A DNA stretch of 64,000 nt from Mobula hypostoma (taxonomy: Eukaryota). Every line of letters begins with the position of its first letter. Within the stretch, counting starts at the first letter, position 1. The stretch spans positions 222,830,001 through 222,894,000 of the forward strand of contig NC_086097.1 in NCBI RefSeq assembly GCF_963921235.1, read 5' to 3'. The notes beneath the pieces were generated by a model. The model was not told where the DNA came from. It ran no database searches and saw only the letters and a list, made by a program, of their open reading frames with translations. The translations under genes and the position numbers were made by a program. This document shows, piece after piece, positions 1-11,982 of the stretch.

Positions 1-100
1 ATACCCCTCATAATGTTGTATATCTCTGTTACGTATCCTCTCAACCTTCTACATTCCAAGGAATAAAGTCCTAATCTTTCCTTAGAACTCAGGTCTTCAA
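1..100 (-). mobile_element. CR1 LINE ORF2 C-terminal fragment
   Basis: Minus strand reads ...GLYSLECRRLRGYVTEIYNIMRG, matching the LFSLERRRLRGDLIEVYKIM motif seen in other CR1 copies in the window. Confidence 0.8.
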
Positions 101-299
101 GCTTATCTCCTTTTTTTTGAAAACATTTGCAATTACCTGATTACATGAGAAACAAAAAGACAGCAGATTTTGGAAATCTGAAATAAAGAGAAAATGCTGG
201 AAATATCCATCATCTTTCTTTATCCTTCCACAGATGTAGCCTGACATACTGAATATTTCCAGGTTATTCATGATGACTGGGTATCTGAGACTTTCTCTC

Positions 300-565
300 C
301 TCTCATCCCTTCCCAAATGGGGGAGATAATTCCTGCCAGAAATAATTCTTTGCCATGGTTTGATAATACAGCAGGCATTTTATCTGTTATAACAGTCTTG
401 TTGCTTTTCAGCTGTTGGATGGCCCTTTCAACCTCTCATCAAACTCAGTGACACCCATTTATTTTATGGGGCTGTGAATCTTCAGTCACAGCTGAAACCC
501 TGGTTGAAGAGATTTTTACAAAGTGCTTCTCCTAGCTGTTGACAACTGCCTCACTAAACTCAATG
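300..565 (-). mobile_element. Old RTE-type LINE fragment
   Basis: Minus strand gives EVERAIQQLKSNKTVITDKMPAVLSNHGKE, resembling the RT N-terminal E..AI..LK..KAPG.D.IPAE motif. Confidence 0.55.
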
Positions 566-1340
566 TGTTTACTTCCATTCATGGCTCCTAGCAGTGTGAG
601 AACTTGGGTGGTTGGGCTGCTCCTAATCTTAACAGATGTAAACAATCTATGTATGTTCTAGATATCAGTGAATCTCCTGAGCTCTTCCCACCCACCATGT
701 GAACTTCAGTTTTGTGTTGGACTGCAGTCTTCAGATCCCTTCAAGATTTAGTTTTCCCTTTCTCATACAATATATGAAAGTTGTCATTCAGCCTGATTAT
801 TATCCAGGTTAAGTTACAAGTGGGCATTAACTGGTTCATTAACTGAGGAGTTGTGATGATAACATCATGAACTAGGCATATTAAATCACTCATAAAAGCA
901 TGTGCTTGCAAATGTATTTGAAGGGCACTTTAAAATAGTTTCGAATAATCAATGCTGTCTCACAAGCTCAGTACTTGAAGTGTTAGATCAGCTAAATATT
1001 GCTTCATAATGATCATGAAGCTGGCTAAACATTACCAGTTACAGAGCTTCCCTTCACTCCCCAACTTTCATCTGATCAGCTATTTGGAGTCATTAGTATA
1101 TTGGAAATTATTTATCATCTTTTATATAAAAATGAAATGGTGAAACAAAAGGCCAAACATGGACTTCGTGAAGTTCACTCTTCTCCAAAGCATGTGCTCC
1201 CCAAAAAATGTTTAATATAAGTTACAAAGAATAGAAATATAAATGTCTAGCACAGTTAGCAAAATATCTGATTTGCAGTCAGGTTTGTTAATCCTTAAAC
1301 AGGCAGTTGCTTGAAATTGAATGTTTTCATCAATTCTCAC

Positions 1341-1422
1341 CTCTTTGTTTGAAACAGATGAAAGCCCCATATTAATTTCCAAACTCTCCTTTCAAACATC
1401 TTCTCTTCAATTGCCAAATGCA
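1341..1422 (-). other. Candidate 82-nt exon of an unidentified minus-strand gene
   Basis: Minus strand: atattatatttcag|TGCATT...ACAAAGAG|gtgaga, in non-repetitive AT-rich sequence; one frame is open throughout (HLAIEEKMFERRVWKLIWGFHLFQTK). No homology recognised. Confidence 0.3.
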
Positions 1423-2529
1423 CTGAAATATAATATATACTACTCTGTGAATTTATTGTTTATTTGACATATAATTCAGTGCTTGGTTACCAGAGAATGG
1501 ATTCAGGCTTTTTCTCAAACTGGTTGTGTAACTTCCATTGCAGTTTCAGGGCAGTCTTCAGTTTGTACTTCAAAATGAAACGGGGGTCTACATCATTGAT
1601 TTAAACAGGCTGAAAGAATTGCTCTCCAGCAAAACTATGACTGATATACAGATTTTGTAACATGTATTGGAGCTTATCAACATTTAGAAATAATTCCCAT
1701 GTAAGCTGCAGAAGGCTGTATCTTCTCTCTTAAATATACAAACTCAAAATGCAAACAGATAAAGGCCACTCAGATAAAATTGCTTAATCAATCTCTCTCC
1801 CTGTCTCACACAGATACAACACACCCCTTAGTATGTTGAAAAAATATATAGAGAGCAAAATGAATTGCTTATATAAGCAATTGCAGAAACACTATATAAA
1901 TTGGCAAATTTCTTCTATACAAAAAACCTCTGACTCCCTTTAAATGTTGTACTGCATTATTTTAGAGATTCAAAGTGTATATTTGTTACTTTAACTTAGA
2001 TATTTAATACAACTGATAGATAATTCTGCCTCAGTCATTTTGCAATGTGATATCAAACTGTAAGTCCCTTACTCCAAAAATGTCTGTTTTTAACAACTGG
2101 TACTTTCTACCATTCCAGTTTCAGAACATGTACTTTAAAATGCCAGTGCTTTGAGAGTGCAATTATAAATTAGCCACAAAAGGTTACATATCAACATGAT
2201 ATGTGATATCCTTCTGAATATCCTTAATTGGCTAGATAAATCTTGTCTGTTCTTGTCTCCCCAAATGCAACTCCCTACTTAGTCAGAAATTATACAAGGT
2301 ATAAAAGGATAAGGAAATGTGAATTACAGGTCAATGTCACAGTGCTCAAGCTGGTTTACTGATGACTCTCCCCTACACTGTATATAGCAGAGTTGTAATG
2401 AACTATAATTTGTACAGCCCATGGTGTGGTGTGCTGGGATGAGGCAAAATTTTCATTCCTGCCGTTGAGTTAGCACTCTGAGAAGCAAAACAGTAATATA
2501 AGCCATTCTTATGCTCTTGGTGGAAGATG

Positions 2530-2590
2530 GAAATAGAGAATCGACTAGCATGGTGTCAAGAGAACAATCTTTCTCTTAATGTCAGAAAAA
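2530..2590 (+). mobile_element. Rex1/Babar-type LINE, left piece (split by Gypsy element)
   Basis: Encodes IENRLAWCQENNLSLNVRK; the motif continues as LVIDFKK at 6946. Confidence 0.7.
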
Positions 2591-2593
2591 TAA

Positions 2594-2835
2594 ATACTTA
2601 ATATTTTAGCAACATTTGAGTAATATTGTAAATGTATTGTTTGATTAAGCATTCTTTGTTGGTTACATAATGCATTGCGGGTTATATGTAAAAGTACGTA
2701 AATGGCATACGCCATTACACCACCATATCATGCGTGCATGGCTTGGTTAAAGTATTAACAAAGTTAAACCCACATTCCCGGCTCTCTTGTTATCCTTCCA
2801 ATTAGATTTTATTTTTAGGAGTTACAAAGCATACA
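2594..2835 (+). repeat. Gypsy 5' LTR (start approximate) followed by PBS at 2837-2847
   Basis: Last ~50 bp are similar to 6895-6945; CA end followed by a TGG-starting primer-binding site. Confidence 0.75.
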
Positions 2836-3052
2836 GTGGCAATGAGGAATTTTTAAATGAACCCGAGATGACTACCTACCTGTTGAAGTACGGTGAGACA
2901 TTCAGGATTTAAAAAAGCATAGCAAAATGTTCAGGTTAAAAAGAAAACACAGAAATGTTAAGAGTTTAAAAAAAGACAGAAAACAGAAAAATACGCAGGT
3001 CCATAAACAGTGAGTACCTGATAATGATCCAAGAATTTAAATAAAGAGCAGA

Positions 3053-3491
3053 ACTGGCTGGCTACATCAGGAAGACAGACATGTTCAATTGCACAAATGA
3101 TAACTGGTTGCTGTATACAAGATGAATTGAGCAGTATTTTGTAGCAAATGAAATAGCCAACAAGAAGTGAGTATCAATTTTGCTGAGTGCATTGGATTTA
3201 AATGCTTTCAGTTTGCTTAGAAGTCTAAACGCTCCAACCTAACCAGCTGAAATGAGATTTGTTCACATTGAAAAAGTAATGGAGGAACATTTATATCTGA
3301 AACCATTGTCGAACTCTTTAGGTTTCATAAGCAGAATCAAACAGAAGGGGAGTCCATTTCAGCATACGTTTAAACAGAAACTGGCCTGGTTGAACAAATT
3401 GTTTTACTATTGTGGTAGGGACTCACATAGACCAGACCAATGCAGGTTTAAAGGTGAAACTTGCAGAAAATGCAACAAAGTAGGACACATA
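3053..3491 (+). pseudogene. Gypsy gag remnant
   Basis: AGYIRKTDMFNCTNDNWLLYT..IEQYFVANEIA start and zinc knuckles YYCGRDSHRPDQCRFKGETCRKCNKVGHI; stops and deletions. Confidence 0.85.
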
Positions 3492-3873
3492 ACATAGAAT
3501 AGTACAGCACAGTACAGGCCCTTCGGCCCACAATGTTGTGCCGACCCTCAAACTCTGCCTCCCATATAAGCCCCCACCTTAGATTCCTCCATATACCTGT
3601 CTAGTAGTCTCTTAAACTTCACTAGTGTATCTGCCTCCACCACTGACTCAGGCAGTGCATTCCACGCATCAATCACTCTCTGAGTAAAAAACTTTCCTCT
3701 AATATCCCCCTTGAACTTCCCACCCCTTACCTTAAAGCCATGTCCTCTTGTATTGAGCAGTGGTGCCCTGGGGAAGGGGCGCTGGCTATCCACTCTATCT
3801 ATTCCTCATATTATCTTGTACACCTCTATCATGTCTCCTCTCATCCTCCTCCTCTCCAAAGAGTAAAGCCCTA
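3492..3873 (-). mobile_element. Young 5'-truncated CR1 inserted in gag
   Basis: ORF 3548-3793 is nearly identical to the C-terminus of ORF 39172-39897; flanked by ACATA at 3487-3491 and 3874-3878. Confidence 0.93.
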
Positions 3874-6126
3874 ACATACAAAAAAACATGTTGAGCAGAC
3901 AAAAATAAATTAACTGCACAGGTAAGAGAAATAGATAAAAAGTCAAGTTGCAGTTTCAAAAAAGCTCTAATCTATGTGTTGTCGATGAAAAATCTGATAA
4001 TGATGAGAGTGGCCATGGACTAGGTTGCCTTGAGATTTACAGTGGGAAAACTAACAACAGACAAGCAATATGGCTTACACCAGAGGTGAATGGTAAATTA
4101 ATTAAAATGGAATTGGCATTGGCTCATTCCACAAAATGAGTTTGAATGGCATTTCAAAGATACTGAACTGAAGCCTTCAACTATCCAACTTGTACATTAG
4201 AAAAGATCATTCCTATGGGAATGACATTTGTAACAGTGAAATACAACTGTCAACAAGCCACATTGGGCTTGTACGTGGTAAAAACAGGAGGGCCAGCATT
4301 GTGGGTACGTGATTGACTGAAACAACCACAACTTAGTTAGAGATCCAACCACCATTTGCATGCTGCATCCCTTACAATAGAGTCAAATGAAAGCAAATTT
4401 AGAAAGGTTCTGGATGGTGCCACTGTAGTGTTCACAGATGGCATGTGAAAACTTAAACATATCAAGCATTAACTAGTGTCAAATGAAAATGCCACACCTC
4501 AGTTTTGCAAAGCTCATCCGGTTCCTTAAACCATCCATGATAAAGCAGCCAGTGAGCTAGATTGCACGGAGGCTGAAGGAATACTTACCAAGGTTAAATG
4601 AAGCAACACCAGTGGTCCCGGTAGCCAAGAAGAATGAGTCTGTCAGGATTTGTGGTACTTTTATGGTCACCGTCAACCCAATACAGAAAGCAGATCAATA
4701 CTGTCTGCCCAGCACAGAGGATATTCTTTACAAATATTTCTGGAGAGAAACACTTCAGCAAAGTGGACTTAGTTGAGCCCTACCACAGATGGTGATGGAA
4801 GAAGATTTCAAAGTGTTTCTCACCATAAAAACTTACAAAGGTCTTTATCACTATGATAGGCTTATTTTTGGAGTAGCACCTGCACTCTAGCAGAAAGCTA
4901 TGGACCAGGTGCTGCAAAGTTGTCCAGGCTCTCAGTGTTATCTGGATGACATCATCATGACCGGCATGGATGACAAGGAACATCTCCAAAATCTCAAGAC
5001 AGCGATTAAAAGATTAGAAGATTATGGGCTCAAAGCATGATGCAAAGCAGTGCGAGGTGGCTTTCAGAAAAGTAAAGGAAATGGTGACGTCCAACACTGT
5101 ACTTACACATTATGATCTACATCGTCCACTGAAGCTTGCCTGTGATGCGTCGTCTTATACTATAGGTCAAGTTATGTCACATGTTACAAGTGATGAAAGT
5201 GAATGCCTTTACATCATGTTCCCTTACTGCTACAAAGAAAAACTAATGCCCAGATTCACAGACAAGCCTTTGTCTTGTTTAGGGTGTAAAACATTTCAAC
5301 CGTACTTGTATGGGGGAGAATTGACGCTCATTACTGATCATCAACCACTGGTGTCCATTTTCAATTCACAGAATGGTGTTCCACTAACAGCATCAGCACA
5401 AATGCAGAGATGGGCTCTGCCTCTTGGATAACACAATTACATGGTCAATTCAAGAGGACAACTGATCATGGAAATGCTAATGGCTTATCCCGTTTACCCT
5501 TGGAAAAGGAAATTGCTGAAAAATTTACAGAAGGGAACACTCCTCTTGATGTTCTCTCCCTAATGTAAATCAAAAGTCTTCCTAGTACTGCAGAGATCAT
5601 CCAAAGGGAAATCAGAAAAGATGCCACAGTCCCAGGTCTGAATGGCAACCCAAAATGGCTGAACTGTGCAGCAGAAATCCCAGTTCCCCCATATTTACCA
5701 GAGTCGGGATGAACTTGCCCTTGACTGAAGTTGTCTTATGTGGAGATTGAGAGCTGTTCTACCATTCAAGCTGAGAGCTAAATTGTTGGAGGAGCTACAT
5801 GCCAATCATCTAGGCATGGTCAAAATGAAAAGAAACTTTGTCTGATGGCCTGAGATAGATCAGCAGATCAAGAAGCTTGCCATGCACTGTTCAGGAAGCC
5901 AACACATCCAGAAGATGCCAAAGAACAGCACCGCTATATCCATGGGAATGGTCTGCATTGCCCTGGCAGAGTGACCCCCCTCTCCCCCATCAGGAAAGAC
6001 ATTATCTCACAAGAATAAGAATCCTCCTCAGTGATTAAATCTTTAGGCCTGAATGGGACAATTAAAAATTTAATATGCTGGGGATGTCTATATAGAAGTT
6101 GTATTTTATCATATACTGTGTATATG

Positions 6127-6193
6127 CAGTACTGTGCAAAAGTCTTAGGCACATGTTCTGGGCTGGGGTGCCTAAGGCTTCTGCGCAATACTG
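6127..6193. mobile_element. Tc1/mariner-type MITE
   Basis: TIRs CAGTACTGTGCAAAAGTCTTAGGCAC ... GTGCCTAAGGCTTCTGCGCAATACTG followed by TA. Confidence 0.7.
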
Positions 6194-6430
6194 TACTAAT
6201 ATTATGCATTGCACTGTACGGGACTGTCATTAAAAAAATTTTGGAGGCAAGTGACCTTGCCGGGTGTCTCAGGGCTGGGTGTATCTGCACCCATGCCACC
6301 CCCTGCACCCGGCACTCCTTTGCTGCCACCTGTCTTACACGCTTCCCATGGCACTCTACCCTCACTATTCCCAACATCCTGCACTCCTCGGAGATCTACA
6401 ATCTCACTCTCTGCTCCACATCGACAAATA

Positions 6431-6461
6431 CAGTACTGTGCAAAGGTCTTAGACACACAAG

Positions 6462-6504
<43 letters not shown>

Positions 6505-6527
6505 CCTAAAACCTTTGCACAGTACTG
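6431..6527. mobile_element. Tc1/mariner-type MITE with central (TA)19
   Basis: TA-CAGTACTGTGCAAAGGTCTTAGACAC ... GTGCCTAAAACCTTTGCACAGTACTG-TA; TA repeat at 6463-6500. Confidence 0.8.
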
Positions 6528-6945
6528 TATGTGTGTATATACTGTATACGATGACTAGAAAGCAATACATTACATACTTGTTTTTTGATGTCCATAATGT
6601 TACAAAGTGCCAGAGGTGTTCCCAATAGCCTCCACGACAGCCTTGTACACCTTTGATGTGTTGAATGCCCCTTCTCGAGGTCTGGTGTCCCAGAACACCT
6701 AGTGACAATGGACCACAGTTCATTGCGGAACACTTTCAGTCACTCGTGAAAATGATGGAATAAAGCAGTACCACCCAGCTACGAATGGCTTGACCGGAGT
6801 TGGAAAGGCTTGTGCAGATTCTAAGTAATGTACTCTGAGCAATGTCAGCAGAACATGCTACACTGACACTGATCAGAAGCTCGCCAATATCCTCCCTTGT
6901 TTTTCTTTCAATTAGTTCTAATGTTTGGAGTTACAAAACATAACA

Positions 6946-7705
6946 TTGGTCATTGACTTCAAGAAGTGGGATGGAGATATGCCTTCATTTGTATCAGTAT
7001 TGGAGATGGTTAAGAGTTTCAAGTTCCGAGGTGTAAATATCACCAACAATTTGCCCTGGTCTAACCGCCTGGTTGCTACAGTCAAGAATGCACACCAATG
7101 CCTCGGCTTCATAAACTAATGAAATTCAGCATGGGCCTGATGACCCTCACCAGTTTTTATAGATGCAGGGTATGCTATCCAGATGCATTGCAGCTTGATA
7201 CGGCAACTGTTCTGCTCAAGACCAAAACAAATTTGCAGAGAATTTTGAATGTAGCACAGCTCCTAAAAACCAGTCTCCCTCCACCCACCATCGACTCCAT
7301 CTGCAATACTTCCCATTGCCTCAGGAAAGAAGCCAACATAATCAAAGGCCCGTCTCATCCTGTCACTCTATTCTCCCCATGTCCTGTCAGGCAGAAGATA
7401 TGAAAGTATAAGAGCATATACTACCAGAATCGAGGACAACTTTTACATGTTGTTATCAGACTCATGAACAGACCTTTCATACACTATAAGTTGAACGTTA
7501 GAACTCGTAAAATCCCAATCTACATCATTGTGGCCTTTGTACTTTATTTTTCTATCTGCGTTGCACTCTCTATAACTCCAAAACTATATTGTACATTCTG
7601 TTTTTCTTTTTACTACTTTGATGTCATTATTTATAGCATGATCTAGGATGATGTATGACATGCTGAACAAAAACGTTTCACTGTAGCTCAATAATAAAGC
7701 AATTC
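6946..7705 (+). mobile_element. Rex1/Babar-type LINE 3' part (right piece)
   Basis: LVIDFKK...EMVKSFKFRGVNITNNLPWS, LTSFYRC, LQRILNVAQ, CLRKEANIIKGPSHP; AATAAA near the 3' end. Confidence 0.8.
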
Positions 7706-7899
7706 AATCCATCATAGTGCTGATGAAACATAGACTTTTGCTCCAAAAGAGGGAAAATTTGTGGTTCCTCTGAACTGCCTTTTAACTACTGGCTCAGTGA
7801 CCCAGACCTCATGGCTGGGGGTCTTGAATGTCCTTTAGTCACAAGTTTAACACTTGTGATGTTACAACAGCAAATGCCTGTTATATAAAAAAACATGAC

Positions 7900-8470
7900 T
7901 TGTGAGTACGAGTTGGTAGGCTGTGGGTTGTGAAGCTTAAAAATATCGAGACTGACACTCTAATGCAGGACTGAGGGAATAATGTATTGACACTAATGTC
8001 AAAGCTTGTGCCCCTAAATGGAATTAAAGATTCCATGCATTCCATGAAAGAGTGGTCCTCATATTCTGGTCAATATTTTCATCCCAATCAATCTCATTGG
8101 GAAAAAGATAATCCCGTCATTAACATACCATGTTAATCATATCACTAAAATTTGAGTGCAGTAGTACTCAAACTGAAAATGTAGATTTAGAGATCTTCAG
8201 GTACTCAACTTTGCACTCTAAAGTGAATGAAAAAGATCCAATGCTGAGTCATGGATGTTGAGTCATCCTTTTCATCCTGCTGTCATATACTTATTGTGAT
8301 CACTCAGTTAAAAGTTTATTCTGAATAAAGGGTTTAGCTATTGCTGTTTGTAGGAGCTTGTTGTATATAGATTCATTGTGTGTGTCCTGCACTGTAATAA
8401 TATGAAAGGTTTCTTATTAGTTGCGCAGTGTTTTGGAATGTCCTGAAAACCTTGTTGAAAACGAGCATAA
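7900..8470 (+). mobile_element. Ancient Deu-domain SINE (AmnSINE1/SacSINE1-like) with ~215-bp insert
   Basis: Blocks ctgacactctaatgcaggactgaggga, aaagattccatg, ctggtcaatattt, attgctgtttgtaggagcttgttgt and ttttggaatgtcctga resemble the remembered consensus in the correct order. Confidence 0.55.
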
Positions 8471-8740
8471 AATTGTATCAGTATAACCAAAAGTAATTTA
8501 CATTCCAATGTACCAAGTGCAAATAAAAAGACACATTGTAACGACCGTGGAGGAAAAAAATTGAAAATTTAAAAGCCAGTTATTCATTCAAAGAAAGAAA
8601 GATGTCCGGCATCTTGACAGTTTTCTGTTCAACTGGATCAGCAGGTATTGGACTTCACGTTCTTACTGAAAGAGTCTACCAAAAAATAGCAGTCAAATCC
8701 TGGGTTCCAAATTCACACAAAGAAGTAAACGTAATATCAT

Positions 8741-11725
8741 GAAACACACACAAAGCACTGGAGGGACTCAGCAGGTTAGGCAGCATCTATGGAATAACAG
8801 TATATAGGCATCCGTTAGTCTCGTGAGACCGGCAGTTGCCCACGCTGCAAGTCTCCCCTCTCCACGCCACCGATGTTGTCCAAGGGAAGGGCATTAGGAC
8901 CCATAGAGCTTGGCACCGGTGTCGTCGCAGAGCAATGTGTGGTTAAGTGCCTTGCTCAAGGACACAATATGCTACCTCAGCTGAGGCTTGAACAAGAGAC
9001 CTTCAGATCACTAGACCGATGCCTTAACCACTTGGCCACGCGCTATAGAAATGAATAGACAATCAACATTTCAGACTGAAACCCTTCTTCAGGACTGGAA
9101 ATGAAGCAGAAGACACCAGAATAAAAAGATGAGGGGAAGAGGAAGGAGGATAGTTAGAAGGTAATAGGTGAAGGCAGGTAGGTAGGAAAGGTAAAGGGTT
9201 GGAGAGGAAGGAATCTGATAGGAGAGAAGAGTGAACTACAAGAGATAGAGAAGGAGGAGGGGACCCAGGGAAGGTAATAGGCAGGTGAGGAGAGACAAGA
9301 GGCTAGGGTGGGGAATAAAAGAAGACAGTAGGGGAAGTTCAAGGAGAAATCGATATGCCTGCAATCAGGTTGCAGGCTGCCCAAAAGGAATATAAGGTGT
9401 TGCTTTTCCACCCTGAGGGTGGCCTCATCGTGGCACAAGAGGTGGCCATGGACAACATGTCAGAATGGAAATTGGAATGAGAATTAAAATGTTTGGCCAT
9501 TGAGAAATTCTGCTTTTGGCAAATGGAGTGGAGGTGCTCAACAAGACGGTCCCCCAATTTACGATGGGTCTCACTATTGTAACCAGGGACCACACTGGGA
9601 GCGTCAGACACAATAGATGACCCCAGCAGACGTGCAGATGCAGTGCTGCCTCACCTGGAAGGACTGTGTGGGGCCTTGAATGGAGGTGACGGAGGAGGTG
9701 AATGGGCAGGTGTGTCATTTTGGCCGCCTGCAGGGATAAGTGTTGGGGGGGGGGGTCAGATTAGTAGGGATGGACGAATGATCAAGAGAATCATGGAGGG
9801 AGATATCCTTGCAGAAAGCAGGGGGAGATAAAGATATGTTTGGTGGTAGGATCCCTTTGGAGATGGTGGAAGTAGAGGCGAATGATGTGTTGGATCTGGA
9901 GGCTCACGGGGTGGTAGGTAAGGACATGAGGAACTCTCTCACTGTTAAGACACTGGGAAGATGGAGTGAGCACACATGCTCATGAAATGGAGGAGATGCA
10001 GGTAAGAGCAGCATCAATGATGGAGGAAGGGAAACCGCATTCTTTGAAGAATGTGATTTCTGATGTCCTGGAAAGGAAAGTCTCGCCCTGAGAACAGATG
10101 TGGCAGAGGCAAAGGGACTGAGAAAGGGAATAGCGTTTTTACAGAAGACAGGGTGGGAAGAGATATAGTCAAGATAATTGTCGGAACAGGTAGGTTTATA
10201 AAAGATGTCAGCTGACAGCTTGTCTCAAGAGATGGAGACACAGAGAAAAAGAAGGGGGAGGGTGGTATCAGAAAGTAGACCAAGTGAATTTAAGGACACG
10301 ATGGAAGGAAGAGGCAAAGTTGATGAAATTAACAAGCTCAGCATGGGTGCATGAATCATGACCAATGCAGTTGTCAATGTAGCAGAAGAAGAGTTGGGGA
10401 GCCTTACCGGAGAAGGCTTGGACACGGACTGTTCTACATAGCCAACGAAAAGGCAGGTATAGCTGGGGCCCATGCAGGCACTCATGGCTACTCCTCGAGT
10501 CTAGAGAAAGTGGGAGGAACTGAAGGAAAAATTGGTGAGGGTGAGGACCAGTTCTGCCAGATGGAGGAGGGTGGCGGTGGAAGGGGATTAGTTGAGAAAG
10601 AAGTGGAGAGCTTTAAGGCCCTCTTAATGGGGGATAGAAGTGTATAGGATGAAAATGAGGCTGTTAGGGCCAGAGAATTGAAAGTGAGTGAGGAGATCAG
10701 AGCATGAGAAGTGTCGCGGATTAGGTGGGCGGGGACTGACCCAAGGGCGGTAGAATGGAGTTGAGGTATGAGGACACAAATCCAATGGGGCAGGAATAGA
10801 CAGAGATGTAACGGGCCTACCTGGACAAGGTTTGTGGATCTTGGGAAGGAGGTAGAAGCAAGCAGTGTGGGGTAAGGGAACAATGAGATTGGTGGCAATA
10901 GCTGGGTGTTCTCCAGAGTGGATGAGGTCAGGGATGGTGTCAGAGGAAGATTCGGGATGGTGTGGAGTGGGGTCCTCCTTGATGGGTAGATACCAACAAT
11001 TGTCAGATAACTCGCAGGAGGTGTCTGAGAGTCGTTGCCTGGCCTCAGCAGCGTAGAGGTCAGCCCGTCACACAACACAGCCTGTGGGTTTGATGGTAAA
11101 ATTGGCCAGAGTGGAGGGCAGTGCATTCAGAGGGGGTAAGGCTCAGGAGGAGAGAGGGGTACTGAAGTTGAGATGGTTGATGACTCGTAGGCAATTTGAG
11201 AAGAGAAGATCCAGAGCAGGCAGAGAACCGTAATGGGTGTCGAAGAAAAGGAAGAAGGTTGGAGATGGGAGAAGGGATCATCAGTGCGGGGTGTGGAATC
11301 CTTGACAGAGAAGTGGGCTCGGAGTTGGAGGTGACAGAAGAGGAGCTCGGCGTCATGGCGAGCTCGGAACTCGCTGAGGTCTGGGTGAAGGGGGACAAAG
11401 GCAAGTCCCTCGCAGAGGACAGGTCAGAGAAGGGAAGGTCGGAGGGAATGGTGAAGGCATGACAAGGATTAGAGCTGGGATCAGAGCGGGGAAGAGAATA
11501 GGTGGCACCAGCAGAGGGGGGAGGGTTGAGGTGTCAGGGAAGGTGGGTTGGGAGGAAGATGGAAGCTCTGAGGACACAAGAGGTGATGGTGAAGACTGAG
11601 AGACCCGGAGTTGGAGAGTAGAAGTAGGTGAAGGGGAGCCCAGGAACCCAACTGCAGCAAGGAAGGTCTCAGCTTGGATGTGTTTGTGATCTAGGTCCAG
11701 GCTGCAACCAGAGATAGAGGTCATG
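8741..11725 (-). mobile_element. Decayed, near full-length Penelope-like element (RT + GIY-YIG + pseudo-LTR)
   Basis: Minus strand: AMSACMGPSYTCLFVGYVEQ and FCYIDNC (RT motifs); GIY-YIG region ETHRKLGDRLVEHLHSIC...HFNS...LRVEKQHLIFLLGSLQP; terminal repeat similar to 62460-62870. Confidence 0.9.
8800..9042 (-). mobile_element. tRNA-derived SINE with RTE-type 3' end, inserted in the PLE terminal repeat
   Basis: A box TGGCCAAGTGG and B box GTTCAAGCC on the minus strand; 3' 24 nt match 59433-59456; imperfect duplication CTATGGAA/CTATAGAA. Confidence 0.85.
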
Positions 11726-11982
11726 CAAGTATCTTGAAATACTGTTTCAAACCACTAGAAGGTGCTACAGCATGGCATTTAGCCAAGGTACTGTACCACA
11801 AATACTGTATCATTAGGCTCTACTTAAACTTGCAGAACCACCTTCAGAAAAAACAACATGCTACTAAACTATATACAAAACAAATGACATTGTGGAAAAG
11901 TATTATTAATCTTTCATTAATAACACGAATTTGCAGAATAAATGGCACATTTATTTTTTGGCGAAGTTAACTTAAATGATAT

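Larger units (their letters stand above)
4040..6897 (+). pseudogene. Gypsy pol remnant (protease region, RT, RNase H, integrase), interrupted
   Basis: Motifs TPVVPVAKKNESVRICG, QCYLDDIIMTG, VLTHYDLHRPLKLACDAS, TLITDHQPL, RWALPL, PWEWSALPWQ, DNGPQF, YHPATNGL; many stops and frameshifts. Confidence 0.85.
2594..6945 (+). mobile_element. Decayed Ty3/Gypsy LTR retrotransposon with nested insertions
   Basis: 5' LTR ends ...TTACAAAGCATACA (2835), followed by PBS-like TGGCAATGAGG; gag with CCHC knuckle; RT (YLDD), RNase H (LACDAS) and integrase remnants; 3' LTR end ...GGAGTTACAAAACATAACA (6945) matches the 5' LTR end. Confidence 0.9.

Noticed and set aside
1491..1609. Second minus-strand coding exon
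   Set aside because: Splice-like ends are present, but all three frames contain stops near the acceptor and the intron to 1422 would be only 68 nt
5934..6733. Overlapping 140-175 aa ORFs on both strands
   Set aside because: They arise from palindromic MITEs and a (TA)n tract (YIYI runs); no domain is recognisable
8667..8675. 9-nt minus-strand micro-exon (ttttttggtag|ACTCTTTCA|gtaaga)
   Set aside because: Signals this short occur by chance; no supporting context without RNA data
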